Assembly (NCBI GenBank): GCA_040830495.1
Contig: JBFOMA010000001.1
Coordinates: forward strand, 303,602 to 367,601
Reading direction: 5' to 3'
From: Puniceicoccaceae bacterium
GTDB taxonomy: Bacteria; Verrucomicrobiota; Verrucomicrobiia; Opitutales; Oceanipulchritudinaceae
DNA length: 64,000 nt
Of this stretch, positions 20,386 through 30,036 are shown piece after piece. Within the stretch, counting starts at the first letter, position 1; the number at the start of each line of letters is the position of its first letter. The notes under the pieces were generated by a model. That model saw nothing but the letters and a program-made list of their open reading frames with translations, was not told the DNA's origin and made no database searches. Position numbers and translations under genes: made by a program.

Positions 20386-20460
20386 ATACTGTCTGGATGG
20401 TTCCTAATTCAATGGAAATCTCGGGGATTCGTGGCAATCAAATATCGGATTTCGGGCAAA

Positions 20461-21489
20461 TTAATTGTCTTCTTCCAGTGCTTTGAGGCGCTTTAGCATG
20501 TCTGGAATCTTGTTAACGTGAGCCTCCCGCTTCATCGCTTCCCTATGAGGACGCGCAGGGGTCCCACCAAGGATGACTCCCGGAGGAATTGATTTCGAAA
20601 TCCCACTCTGTCCAGTTGCAGTGACTCCATCCCCAACCTTGATATGCCCATTGATTCCGACCTGGCCAGCAAGCACGACAAAATCGCCCAGTTCGGCACT
20701 TCCTGCCATACCTACTTGGGAGCAGATAATGCAATGCTTGCCGATCTTCAGGTTGTGGCCAATTTGGACCAGGTTATCGATTTTGGTCCCCTGCCCGATC
20801 GTTGTTTCTGCAAAACGGGCCCGGTCGATGCAAGTGTGGGCACCGATCTCCACATCATCCTCGACCACCACGGTACCAATCTGCGGCAAGCGGGTATGTC
20901 CGCTGGCATCTGAATGATAGCCGAATCCGTCTGCCCCAAGAACGACTCCGGGGAACAGGATACACCGGTCGCCCACACGGCTACCCCAGCCAATGACACA
21001 GGCATGGCGGATTGTCGTATCCTCACCGATGGTCGCTCCCTTCTCTACCCTGACCTGTGATTCCAGCACTGTATTTGCCCCGATGGTTGCTCCTTCAGCA
21101 ACCAGGCAGTAGGGCCCGATTGAGGCGCTGGGGTCGATTGTTGCGCCAGGATCAATAATTGCCGTCGGGTGGACTCCAGCCTCCGGTTTTGAAAGGATCA
21201 TTGACTCGATGTGGCCACAGAAATGCGCCAGTGAAAGCGAAGGATCCTCCACGTGGATCCATGCCTGGTTCGGTCCAGGTGCTCCCTCCGTGCTCGACGG
21301 GACAAGAATTACACTGGCTTGCGATTCAGCAAGGAAGCGGGCGAACTTTGTTCCACGCAGAAAACTCAAGTCACCTGCTTTTGCAGTCCTTAAATCGCCA
21401 ATACTGGTAATCTTGCCGTCGAAACAACCCTGTATATCAACATCGCCAAGCAGCCCTTTGAGCTCCTCAAGAGTGAATTCCCATTTCAT
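20461..21489 (-). CDS. lpxD: UDP-3-O-acylglucosamine N-acyltransferase
   Basis: N-terminal LpxD domain plus left-handed beta-helix hexapeptide repeats, in the canonical position downstream of skp and bamA. Confidence 0.85.
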   Translation of the reverse strand: MKWEFTLEELKGLLGDVDIQGCFDGKITSIGDLRTAKAGDLSFLRGTKFARFLAESQASVILVPSSTEGAPGPNQAWIHVEDPSLSLAHFCGHIESMILSKPEAGVHPTAIIDPGATIDPSASIGPYCLVAEGATIGANTVLESQVRVEKGATIGEDTTIRHACVIGWGSRVGDRCILFPGVVLGADGFGYHSDASGHTRLPQIGTVVVEDDVEIGAHTCIDRARFAETTIGQGTKIDNLVQIGHNLKIGKHCIICSQVGMAGSAELGDFVVLAGQVGINGHIKVGDGVTATGQSGISKSIPPGVILGGTPARPHREAMKREAHVNKIPDMLKRLKALEEDN

Positions 21490-21606
21490 GTTACCCAGCG
21501 TGTCGATCCGTCATATATGAGCAACCGTTTTTCAGCGAATATGGGATAACAAAAAGCCGCTCCCGGGTTACCAGGAGCGGCTTCGAAATTGAATCAGCTG
21601 ATCCGC

Positions 21607-22191
21607 TTAGTTATTCGGAGCGTCAGCGTTCAGCCTGACGAGTACCTTGGCAGTAATATCCATTTCAGTGTTGGAGTACAAAACTGCAGGTACGCCACCA
21701 CCCAGGATATCGGATGTGTCCAATACCAGGTCAGCAGCAAAATCCTTGAGAGCCATTTCCTTCACAACATCGGTAATCTCTTTGATCAGATTGGTACGGA
21801 TGTCGTTCTGTTGACGCTGAAGACCCTGAACCTGTTGTTGGTTCCACTGCTCAGCCAGCATTTGCTCCTGCCGGATATTTTCAGCAATTGCCTGCAGGTT
21901 GGCTTCCTTTTCCTTTTTGGATTCGTCGGACAGAACCGGATTCTGGAGTTCTTCCTGCACTGCTCGAGCTTGATCAGCAAGTTCCTGCAAAGCTTTGGCC
22001 TTAGCATCACGCTCTGCTACGTAGGTGTCCTGGACACTCTGCAGGCGCTCGTTGGCCTGGGTCTGCTTGTAGTAACCTTCAAACAGTTCAGACATGCTTA
22101 CTGTGACGATGGTCACCTCAGCCATTGCGGGGTTAAATACGAATGCACCCAGTGCAATCAGGGGCATTAGGAGTTTCTTCATTTTTCTCAT
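21607..22191 (-). CDS. skp: OmpH/Skp-family periplasmic chaperone
   Basis: Signal peptide plus a long coiled-coil, Q/E-rich segment typical of Skp, located between bamA and lpxD. Confidence 0.8.
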   Translation of the reverse strand: MRKMKKLLMPLIALGAFVFNPAMAEVTIVTVSMSELFEGYYKQTQANERLQSVQDTYVAERDAKAKALQELADQARAVQEELQNPVLSDESKKEKEANLQAIAENIRQEQMLAEQWNQQQVQGLQRQQNDIRTNLIKEITDVVKEMALKDFAADLVLDTSDILGGGVPAVLYSNTEMDITAKVLVRLNADAPNN

Positions 22192-22267
22192 TTTAGTGGA
22201 TGTTTTGTTGTAATCTTTTTAAAGGTCAATGCAGAACAGACCTAGATTTCATGCGGGTTGTTCAAAA

Positions 22268-24652
22268 TTAGAAGCGGGTACCGAAGGAGAAGTTGAACTG
22301 GTTTCCAGTGTCGTTGTTCCATACTTCCCTGCCGTTTTGGTCACGAATGATTGTGTTGGTAATCGGAATTCCGAAGTCCAGGCGAAGCGGATTACCCAGC
22401 ACCAGCAAGCGTACACCAAAGCCCCAGTTATCATTGTAATTCACAGGGCTGAAATCGAAATCTCCCTGATTGATGAAGCCCCAGTCATAGAAGAATGCAA
22501 AGCGAAGCGGCTCGGCAACCTTGATGGAGTATTCAAGACTGGCGAAGCCGTAAGTGTTACCACCAACAGGCTCACCAGTGATAAATTCCTGTCCGGTATT
22601 CGGATCGGTCCTGACACCAACCGGACCAACGTCACGATAGTCAAATCCACGGAGTGAATCCGGACCGCCAAGGTAGAACCTGTCAAAGAACGGAGCTGGC
22701 TCGTCATTGTATTCCCAGATCGAACCGCCACGGGCGAGCACTGAGATGACCTGGTCACCGAGCTCGAATGTTGGCAGGAAGAAGGCTGTCCGGAATTCGG
22801 ACTTCACATAATTCGTGTCGCCCCCGATACCGGCGAAGGTGTTGGCCCATGAAATACGGCTGCCTCGTGTGGTGAAAATCAGGTCATTCCGCGTATCGCG
22901 CCACAGCGTCAGTGTGGTCTTGGAAATGCTCCGTGGCGAGAACTCGGATTCTTCAACGATTACTGTCGGGGCACTGAATCTGTTCACGTTGTCCAGATCG
23001 ACTACTTCGAATGTGTAAGAGAGCTGTCCGTTGATCAGGCCGATCAGGCGCTTTCTCAAGTAAAGCTCAATACCGGTGCGCATTTCATCATAAGTGATGG
23101 AATTGTAGTCTGTTTCCCGGCGGAACATCTGGAAACCGAAGGCAAGACGCCGTTCCATCAGCCACGGTTCCTCGAACGCGAGAACCACTTCATTGGAGCG
23201 GGAACCAATGGAACCGCGCAGGCGGAATTTCTGACCGTCCCCCTGCAGGAATGGCGACCGCCACTTGAACAAGTCAAAGTTACCCTGCGAAATCTCGAAG
23301 AATACGACCGCACTCTCGATGGAGCTGAAGCCTGCCCCGAACTGGAAGTTACCGGTACGGCCTTCCTTCACGCTGACCTTGAGGTTCTTCTTGCCAGGAA
23401 TGTTGGTTGATTCCGGAGACAGCTGAACTTCCTCGAAAAACCGGGTGTTCTTCAGGATCGCCTCGGAATTCTTCATGTAGACCATGTTGAAGGTCCGTCC
23501 CGGGGAGAGCGCCAACTCACGAATAATGATGATGCTCTTCGACTTGGTATTCCCCTCGATAATGATCGATTCAACATCGTACTTTTCATCCTCAAGAATG
23601 TTGTAGATGAGGTCGATGTTGCCCGTTTCAATATTCGCGCGGCGTTCCGGGCGAATCTGTGCCTCAAGGTAACCAACCGATCCGTAGATATTGGTCAGAC
23701 GCTCGACGTCCTCGTCGAGGATTTCCGGAGAAAAGTCGTCACCGGGAAGCAGGTCAAGGGATGCGAACAGGATTGGTGTCGGGAAGATCGTATTGCCATC
23801 AAACTTGATATTACCCACTTGGTACTGGCGACCTTCATCAATACGGATGGTGATCTCAATCCGTCCTGCTTTCGGGTAATCCAGCGACACGTTTGATTCG
23901 GGGATACTGACATCGAGGTAGCCCTCGTTCAGGTAAAGTTCGCGCAGCTTTTCCAAGTCTTCCTGGAATTCGGTTTCATCGAAGCGCCCGGAACCGGTTA
24001 ACCAGGACAACCACCAGCGCTTGCGGGTCTCCATCTGGTTCTTCAGCTTGCGTGCCTTGAAGGCGGTGTTACCGATAAAGACAACATCGGCAATTTTCAG
24101 CTTCTGGCCTTCATTGACAATGAAATTGACCACCCCTTCACCAGTATCCTGATTGCGCTCAATACGGTAATCCACGCGGACCTCGGTGTAGCCCTTGCCA
24201 CGGTAAAAATCAGTGATTTCGTCTGCGTCACGACGGATGCGCCGCTCGTCAAGAGGTTGCCCCACCAAACTATCCACTTCCTTGCGCAGGCGGCTTGTCC
24301 GGACTTTCTTGTTACCCGTAATACGAATCTGCTCAATGGTATATCGGGATTGGACCAGGAAGGTGACCTTGACCTGGCCACCCGGTAGATCCTCTGTGCG
24401 CGCCTCGATGAAGTCAAAGAGACGAGTATTATAGAGGTTGCGGATGGACCGGTCTACCAGGTTCTGGCTGAAAGGCATGCCCTCGCGCAGCTGCAGGCGG
24501 GCAATGATCGCCTCCACGCTAACGCTTTGGATATCGACAAATTCAATGTCGATCTCGCCGACAATCCTCTCTGCCTCCTGGGCCTGTGCCAGCGATGGGA
24601 GCATCACTGCGAGGACGATTCCAATGAGTAAAGTGTGGATAAGGCCTTTCAT
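22268..24652 (-). CDS. bamA: Outer membrane protein assembly factor BamA
   Basis: Signal peptide, five POTRA-like repeats, and a C-terminal Omp85 beta-barrel ending in an aromatic residue (...FGTRF). Confidence 0.9.
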   Translation of the reverse strand: MKGLIHTLLIGIVLAVMLPSLAQAQEAERIVGEIDIEFVDIQSVSVEAIIARLQLREGMPFSQNLVDRSIRNLYNTRLFDFIEARTEDLPGGQVKVTFLVQSRYTIEQIRITGNKKVRTSRLRKEVDSLVGQPLDERRIRRDADEITDFYRGKGYTEVRVDYRIERNQDTGEGVVNFIVNEGQKLKIADVVFIGNTAFKARKLKNQMETRKRWWLSWLTGSGRFDETEFQEDLEKLRELYLNEGYLDVSIPESNVSLDYPKAGRIEITIRIDEGRQYQVGNIKFDGNTIFPTPILFASLDLLPGDDFSPEILDEDVERLTNIYGSVGYLEAQIRPERRANIETGNIDLIYNILEDEKYDVESIIIEGNTKSKSIIIIRELALSPGRTFNMVYMKNSEAILKNTRFFEEVQLSPESTNIPGKKNLKVSVKEGRTGNFQFGAGFSSIESAVVFFEISQGNFDLFKWRSPFLQGDGQKFRLRGSIGSRSNEVVLAFEEPWLMERRLAFGFQMFRRETDYNSITYDEMRTGIELYLRKRLIGLINGQLSYTFEVVDLDNVNRFSAPTVIVEESEFSPRSISKTTLTLWRDTRNDLIFTTRGSRISWANTFAGIGGDTNYVKSEFRTAFFLPTFELGDQVISVLARGGSIWEYNDEPAPFFDRFYLGGPDSLRGFDYRDVGPVGVRTDPNTGQEFITGEPVGGNTYGFASLEYSIKVAEPLRFAFFYDWGFINQGDFDFSPVNYNDNWGFGVRLLVLGNPLRLDFGIPITNTIIRDQNGREVWNNDTGNQFNFSFGTRF

Positions 24653-24655
24653 AAG

Positions 24656-26071
24656 TTATTGCTCAGGCTGTTGAGTGTAGTTTTCAAAGCGAGTAAATTC
24701 GGGAATAAAGGTGAGCGGGATGCTTCCAGTCGGGCCATTCCGCTGCTTGGCGATTATGAGGTCCCGCTCACGGGCAGCTTGCGGAACAGTGGGGTTATCT
24801 TCAGTATTCTGGCGGTTCGCAAGCAGGAAAACGACATCGGCATCCTGCTCAATTGAGCCGGATTCCCGCAAATCCGAGATCCGTGGCTGACGGTTTTCCT
24901 TCTCTGAAGACCGGTTGAGCTGGCTAAGGACGATGACCGGTACATTCAGCTCCTTGGCCATGGCCTTGATTCCGCGGCTGATCTCGGAAATCTGCTGTTC
25001 ACGCGGAACACGGCCATCGGTGCCGTTCACCAGTTGCAGGTAGTCGACCACGATCAGCTTCACGTCGTGTTGGCGGTGAATGCGGCGTGCTTTTGCCCGG
25101 ATTTCGAGAATATTGATGCCGGAGGAATCATCGACCCAGATGGGCGCTCCACGCAGGACATTAGCCTCGCGAGCTAACGAACGCTGCTGGTCGTGCCCCA
25201 GCATGCGGTCGCGGATTCGCTTCATGTTCACCCCGGCGCGCCCGCAGAGCATACGCATCGCCAGCTGGTCAGCCGGCATTTCCAGGGAGAAAACAAGGAT
25301 GCCAGCACCATCGCCTTTCTTGGGAAGTGCCACATTCTCCGCGATGTTCATGCCAAGGGAGGTCTTTCCCATGGAAGGACGAGCCGCGAGGACGATCATT
25401 TGGCCTGGGTGCAGTCCGAAAGTCATTCTGTCGATGTCGGCATAACCGGTAAGCACACCCTCATCGGATTCGCCTTCAAGGATGCGGTGAATCAGGTGGG
25501 CTGCCTTGTCGATTGCTGTATCGAAAGCTTGAGCGGAATCCCCAAGGCGCTTGTCGTTGACAGATAGGATTTTGGCTTCCGCCTCATTGAGGTAATTCTC
25601 AATCTGGTCCTGGTTATCGTAAGCCTCCTCGGCAATCCCGGTAGCCATGCCTATCAGCTTTCGCATCATCCACTTCTGGCGGACAATCTCCATCCAGAAG
25701 CGCGCATTGGCAATGGATTCGATACGGTTGGTCAACTGTGCGATGACCGTGGCGCCTCCCACCAGTTGAATCAACGGGGTCTTGGGATCAGTCAGGCGCT
25801 GCTGCTGCTTCAGCCAGTCAATGCTGCTGATCTGGCGACTGTTGAGCGAATCGAGGACGGTGACTTCGTCCACTCCGACATTGTTCGCGAAGAGGTCAGT
25901 GATCACCTGGTAGATGACCCTGTGCGCCGGCTTGTAGAAGGATTCCGGCTGAAGCCCCACTTCCATGCAGTCGGAAATGATCTCCTGCCTGGGATCAATA
26001 AGACATGATCCCAGTAATCCTTCTTCCGCCTCTATGCTGTGTGGCGGGACGCGTCCTCGCTCCTCATTCAT
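24656..26071 (-). CDS. dnaB: Replicative DNA helicase DnaB
   Basis: DnaB N-terminal domain (PHSIEAEEGLLGS) and the RecA-like core with Walker A ARPSMGKTS. Confidence 0.95.
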   Translation of the reverse strand: MNEERGRVPPHSIEAEEGLLGSCLIDPRQEIISDCMEVGLQPESFYKPAHRVIYQVITDLFANNVGVDEVTVLDSLNSRQISSIDWLKQQQRLTDPKTPLIQLVGGATVIAQLTNRIESIANARFWMEIVRQKWMMRKLIGMATGIAEEAYDNQDQIENYLNEAEAKILSVNDKRLGDSAQAFDTAIDKAAHLIHRILEGESDEGVLTGYADIDRMTFGLHPGQMIVLAARPSMGKTSLGMNIAENVALPKKGDGAGILVFSLEMPADQLAMRMLCGRAGVNMKRIRDRMLGHDQQRSLAREANVLRGAPIWVDDSSGINILEIRAKARRIHRQHDVKLIVVDYLQLVNGTDGRVPREQQISEISRGIKAMAKELNVPVIVLSQLNRSSEKENRQPRISDLRESGSIEQDADVVFLLANRQNTEDNPTVPQAARERDLIIAKQRNGPTGSIPLTFIPEFTRFENYTQQPEQ

Positions 26072-26117
26072 GGACTGGTGCGATGTCGCCGGGATGACTG
26101 CTCATCTGGGAGAGGGC

Positions 26118-26603
26118 TTATTCAGCCCCTTCTTCTTCCTCCTCGATCGGGTTCTCAGAGACGACCTCAAACTCGAACTCGACGGTCACTTCGGCATGCA
26201 GTTTGACCTTGGTGACGTGCTTGCCGAGGCTCTTCACCGGAGTGTACAGGTTGACCTGCTTCTTCTCCAGTTCGACGCCATTCTCGCCAATACGGTCGAT
26301 CAGTTCCTGCGCGGTGACGGAGCCAAACATCTTGCCTCCAGGTCCCGTCTTAACGGCGAAGACAATCTGGATTGCCTCCAGCTTTGTGGCCGTTGCCTGG
26401 GCGGCTTCGAGCTCGTCCTGCGCACGCTTGGCGGCACGTTCCTTTAATGCCTCGATCTGCTTGCGGTTGGACCGGGTCAACGGTACTGCAAGGCCGCGCG
26501 GCAGCAAGTAGTTGCGGGCATAGCCGGTTTTAACGGTAACGGTGTCGCCCTCGTTTCCGAGATCCTCGACCGGTTTGAGTAACAGAAGTTCTGCGTTAGG
26601 CAT
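26118..26603 (-). CDS. rplI: 50S ribosomal protein L9
   Basis: L9 N- and C-terminal domains (LLKPVEDLGNEGDTVTVKTGYARNYLLPRGLA). Confidence 0.9.
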   Translation of the reverse strand: MPNAELLLLKPVEDLGNEGDTVTVKTGYARNYLLPRGLAVPLTRSNRKQIEALKERAAKRAQDELEAAQATATKLEAIQIVFAVKTGPGGKMFGSVTAQELIDRIGENGVELEKKQVNLYTPVKSLGKHVTKVKLHAEVTVEFEFEVVSENPIEEEEEGAE

Positions 26604-26647
26604 GAGCTTTATATTCCTTAGGTTGCTTAAATTATTAATTGTTCAGA

Positions 26648-27097
26648 TTAAAAGGGAACATCGTCGTCTTCCTCGATGCTGTTCGTATCAGGTGCCGATT
26701 TCGGCTGTTCCGCGCTGGCAGCTGCCTGACTTGAGTCCGCCTGCGGTGAGCCTGTCGAACCATCCTGCATCCGTCCAAGGAGCTGGAAGTTCTCTACAAC
26801 AACGGTAAGCTTGGATCGCTTTTCGCCATTGTTGGTTTCCCACTGGTCGAGCCGGAGCCGGCCTTCAACAAAGAGCGGTGTACCCTTGAGGCAGTAGCGC
26901 TCGATGATCTCCGCCTGGTTGCCGAAGGCGTCCATATCGACAAAGGTTGTTTCATCCTTGGTCTCGTCATCGCGTGTACGATAGCGGCGGTTGACGGCCA
27001 TTCCGAACTTGGCAATCTTCAGGCCGGAGGGCGTTACCCGCACTTCCGGATCCCGGGTAAGATTACCCATCAGCATGACTTTGTTGAAGTTTGCCAT
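26648..27097 (-). CDS. ssb: Single-stranded DNA-binding protein
   Basis: OB fold (MANFNKVMLMGNLTRDPE...) and an acidic C-terminal tail DDDVPF. Confidence 0.9.
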   Translation of the reverse strand: MANFNKVMLMGNLTRDPEVRVTPSGLKIAKFGMAVNRRYRTRDDETKDETTFVDMDAFGNQAEIIERYCLKGTPLFVEGRLRLDQWETNNGEKRSKLTVVVENFQLLGRMQDGSTGSPQADSSQAAASAEQPKSAPDTNSIEEDDDVPF

Positions 27098-27119
27098 GTT
27101 CCCGTTCCTCCAGTTGACA

Positions 27120-27419
27120 CTAGGCAGATTGGAATAGCGCCAGTTTGATCAGCTTTTCCAGTCGTGTTGCATCCTGGAAGGCGGCCGGCAAAGAAGCCGG
27201 TCCCGATACCTTAACGATAAGGTATGTATCGCCGGTATGATCCTTTTCCGTGATGCGTGTAAAGTCCTTGCGGCCCAGGTTTTCAATGGCTTCGACTTCC
27301 CCGCCCAGGTCCGTAAAGCGGGTGGTCACCGTTTCTTCAATGGTTTCCACAGGGGCTTCGTATCCACGGGTGTCGAGGATGATCGTAACGTTATACTTCC
27401 GATTGTTTTGTTGGCTCAT
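27120..27419 (-). CDS. rpsF: 30S ribosomal protein S6
   Basis: S6 family (YNVTIILDTRGYEAPVETIEETV). Confidence 0.85.
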   Translation of the reverse strand: MSQQNNRKYNVTIILDTRGYEAPVETIEETVTTRFTDLGGEVEAIENLGRKDFTRITEKDHTGDTYLIVKVSGPASLPAAFQDATRLEKLIKLALFQSA

Positions 27420-28002
27420 TCTTGAGAATGCGTTGGTTGATTGTGTTTGCTGCCAGTACCAGCCCCTTCTTGAGAATCAATTCGATCTCACTTTGGAACT
27501 TATCCCGGCAGGTTGCGAGAGTCTTTATTTCCTCGGGCGTAAATTTCCCGAGAACATAATTGGTCATGCTCATGCGCGTGGGCGTTTCCGGCCCAACACC
27601 TACCCGGTACCGGGGAAATTCCGGTCCCGTTCGCTGGATAATATCAGCGATTCCATTGTGCCCTCCCGCACTGCCTTTCAATGACAGTTTGGTCCGTCCC
27701 AACTTGAGCTGGAACTCATCCACAACAACCAAGACAGACTTCGGGGACCACTTGTAGTAGCGGCATACGTTCCCGATAGCCTTTCCGCTGGCATTCATGT
27801 AGGTCTGCGGCTTGAGCAGCAGAACCGGTTGGCCAGCGATCTCGATGGAGGCGGTGTGGGCACACATGCGGCTCTCCGCTTTCCATGAAGCGGAGTGGGC
27901 GGCGGCCAGTTGGTCCACCACGGCAAAACCGATGTTGTGGCGTGTCCCATCGTATCGCGTTCCGGGATTTCCCAGGCCGGCGATGACACGCACCGATTGC
28001 AT
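27391..28002 (-). CDS. pth: Peptidyl-tRNA hydrolase
   Basis: Pth motifs (GLGNPGTRYDGTRHNIGF, GSAGGHNGIADI). It overlaps the rpsF start by 29 nt. Confidence 0.9.
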   Translation of the reverse strand: MQSVRVIAGLGNPGTRYDGTRHNIGFAVVDQLAAAHSASWKAESRMCAHTASIEIAGQPVLLLKPQTYMNASGKAIGNVCRYYKWSPKSVLVVVDEFQLKLGRTKLSLKGSAGGHNGIADIIQRTGPEFPRYRVGVGPETPTRMSMTNYVLGKFTPEEIKTLATCRDKFQSEIELILKKGLVLAANTINQRILKNEPTKQSEV

Positions 28003-28029
28003 GCAAAGAACAAAAAGACGGGTGAGCGA

Positions 28030-28683
28030 TTACTCCTCCGTGGCAGCGGCCTCGGCTTCTGCCTCGACAGCTTCTGCTTCGGCAGCCTCTTCGCCATCTT
28101 CGGCGGCGGCAGCGCTTGCGCCACCAGAGGATCCGACACAGCCGACGACTACCGTTGCCGGGTCGTCGAGGAAAGCGACGCCTTCAGGGGCGGTCACTTC
28201 AGAAAGGAGGATTACCTTGCCAATCGCGAGTTCACGGACGTCGATGTCAATGGACTCAGGCAAGTGGCGCGGACGGCAGCGGACACGCAGGGTATGCGCA
28301 CTGATTTCGAGGACGCCGCCGTAGTTCTTGACACCGTCTGCTGTACCAACCGGGTGAACCGGGATATCGGCTTCCATTTCCTGGCCACGCACGATTTCCT
28401 TGAAATCGATGTGCAGGAAAGCATCGGTGCGGGTATTGCGCTGGAGCTCCTGGATAATGGCGTACTGGGATTCTTTCTCCCCTTCGGTCTTGAGCTCAAT
28501 AAGGACGGCACTTCCCACAACATTGCGGTAGGCCATCTTGAATTCATGTGCGTCAACGGCCAGCGTATGGTTGCCGGATTCCCCGTAGATTACGGCAGGA
28601 ATGGTACCAGCTTGGCGCATGTGCTTGTTTGCGGCACGGCCCTTGGTCTCGCGTGACTTGATATTTAACGTGATCTGTTTCAT
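28030..28683 (-). CDS. rplY: 50S ribosomal protein L25 / general stress protein Ctc
   Basis: L25/Ctc N- and C-terminal domains with an acidic Ala/Glu-rich tail. Confidence 0.85.
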   Translation of the reverse strand: MKQITLNIKSRETKGRAANKHMRQAGTIPAVIYGESGNHTLAVDAHEFKMAYRNVVGSAVLIELKTEGEKESQYAIIQELQRNTRTDAFLHIDFKEIVRGQEMEADIPVHPVGTADGVKNYGGVLEISAHTLRVRCRPRHLPESIDIDVRELAIGKVILLSEVTAPEGVAFLDDPATVVVGCVGSSGGASAAAAEDGEEAAEAEAVEAEAEAAATEE

Positions 28684-29037
28684 TTCCTCTAAAAAGCTGC
28701 GACCGGGAATGTTTTCCGGTCAAAGAAAAGAGGTCACCAAACCCAACCAGCCAGCGAACGCAAATCAAAAGTTCACCTGAGCGGCCCGAAATTCGATTTT
28801 TCCCATGTTTAGGGCGATTAACGGCTTGCCATGCCGATTACATCGGGGCACATAATGGAAGTTCAAATGTTTCAACTTACCTCCAGTTCAACACAGGCCG
28901 TTTGGTACCGGGATATCTCCCATGAGAATCCCATGGGCACCTGCTGTGCCGGGACTACGAGGTTCGCTTCAGGCTTACTCAAACATCCATACATACGTAT
29001 AAGATAATTAGAGCAGACCATATTCGAATTTCCCGAA

Positions 29038-29075
29038 ACCCGGACAGCATTCCCGCTTCCGGGTTTTTTGTTACC
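29038..29075 (+). terminator. Rho-independent terminator-like hairpin followed by a T tract
   Basis: cccggacagcattcccgcttccggg is followed by tttttt on the plus strand. It lies inside a 760-bp non-coding gap between rplY and the tRNA array, with no annotated plus-strand gene upstream. Confidence 0.45.
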
Positions 29076-29447
29076 CAAATACCAGGGGTGAGTAGATCGA
29101 ATCCCCAGGGCATTGACAGGCGTTTCCCCCAGCCAGTCTGCGTCGCTCAAATCCCCTGCAATATTTACGTAAGTCATTTATAATCAATATTTTATGCAAT
29201 TTTATACTTGACCAATCCATATCCTCTCCTCCATGCTTGTCCACGATTATGAAAATTGAATTGAGAAACCCTTATACATGGAAGCAGGTCCCCGGACTTT
29301 TCTGTTTTCCACCAGCACCAGTCAAAGGGTGTCCCTCGCACCAAACCACGAGGTCAAACGTCTGATAATCGGCGTCCAATCCGCAAAGCCTGCGAGAGGG
29401 GCGAAAGCAGGCACAAACTGGTGGAAAACAAAAAAGCCCCTTTATAA

Positions 29448-29523
29448 TGGGCGGTAGTGTAATCAGGCAGCACAGGAGCCTCCAAACCTTCAAGTGAGGG
29501 TTCAAGTCCTTCCCGCCCAGCCA
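29448..29523 (+). tRNA. tRNA-Trp (anticodon CCA)
   Basis: Manual fold. Acceptor TGGGCGG/CCGCCCA, anticodon loop CTCCAAA (identical to the E. coli tRNA-Trp loop), T-loop TTCAAGT. CCA is encoded. Confidence 0.7.
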
Positions 29524-29529
29524 ATTTAT

Positions 29530-29605
29530 GGTGGTTGTAGCTTAATGGCAAAGTACCTGGCCGTGATCCAGGGGACCTCGGGTTCGATTCCCAGTAGCCA
29601 CCCCA
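29530..29605 (+). tRNA. tRNA-His (anticodon GTG) with encoded G-1
   Basis: Extra 5' G pairs with discriminator C. The 3' end TAGCCACCCCA matches E. coli tRNA-His. Anticodon loop is CCGTGAT. Confidence 0.7.
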
Positions 29606-29632
29606 GCTTCGCAGGGCACAGCCCGGCTTTTT

Positions 29633-29708
29633 TCGGCGGTAGTTCAACCGGCAGAACGCGGCCCTGTTACGGCCGATGTTGCAGGTTCGAGCCCTGCCCG
29701 CCGAGCCA
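29633..29708 (+). tRNA. tRNA-Asn (anticodon GTT)
   Basis: Acceptor TCGGCGG/CCGCCGA, D-arm GTTCAACCGGCAGAAC, loop CTGTTAC, T-loop TTCGAGC. CCA is encoded. Confidence 0.75.
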
Positions 29709-29774
29709 ATTTAAATAAGCCGAGCTTGCCCGCCGAAGTCCCGCAGGCGCGGGACGAAGGTGGGCCAATTTCAT

Positions 29775-29850
29775 GGGAGTATGGTGTAGATGGTCTGCAC
29801 GCCCGGCTGAAGACCGGGAGGTCATGAGTCGAGTCCATGTGCTCCCGCCA
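29775..29850 (+). tRNA. tRNA-Phe (anticodon GAA), with an unusual T-arm
   Basis: Acceptor GGGAGTA/TGCTCCC, anticodon stem CCCGG/CCGGG, loop CTGAAGA. The T-arm reads CATGA-GTCGAGT-CCATG (G at position 54). CCA is encoded. Confidence 0.6.
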
Positions 29851-29854
29851 AGCC

Positions 29855-29943
29855 GGACAGGTAGAGCCGTAACAGCCAGCGGCGCCGGATTGTAGACCCG
29901 GAGCGGAAACGCCCTGCAGGTTGGAATCCTGCCCTGTCCACCA
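29855..29943 (+). tRNA. tRNA-Tyr (anticodon GTA), type II with long variable arm
   Basis: Acceptor GGACAGG/CCTGTCC, loop TTGTAGA, 14-nt variable arm, T-arm GCAGG-TTGGAAT-CCTGC. CCA is encoded. Confidence 0.65.
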
Positions 29944-29953
29944 ATTTTCCAAT

Positions 29954-30030
29954 GGCCAAGTAGCCCAACCGGTAGAGGCAACTGCCTCAGAAGCAGCTCA
30001 GTGCAGGTTCGAATCCCGCCTTGGCTACCA
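29954..30030 (+). tRNA. tRNA with apparent anticodon CAG but a type-I (short variable arm) architecture
   Basis: Acceptor GGCCAAG/CTTGGCT (G1.U72), Gln-like D-arm GCC-CAACCGGTAGA-GGC, anticodon stem ACTGC/GCAGC with loop CTCAGAA, 5-nt variable region, T-loop TTCGAAT. CCA is encoded. CAG is normally a Leu anticodon, and bacterial tRNA-Leu are type II. Confidence 0.45.
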
Positions 30031-30036
30031 ATTTTC

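Noticed and set aside
27812-28656. Plus-strand ORFs of 170 aa and 253 aa
   Set aside because: They are antisense to pth and rplY.
29442-29447. Perfect TATAAT hexamer immediately 5' of tRNA-Trp as the array promoter -10
   Set aside because: It directly abuts the mature tRNA 5' end (29448), so a transcript starting 6-8 nt downstream would begin inside the acceptor stem. The real promoter is more likely further upstream in the AT-rich 29150-29400 region.
29709-29774. 66-nt GC-rich spacer between tRNA-Asn and tRNA-Phe as an additional tRNA
   Set aside because: It is too short and has no cloverleaf. It contains only a single hairpin (tcccgc-aggc-gcggga). It may be a processing element.
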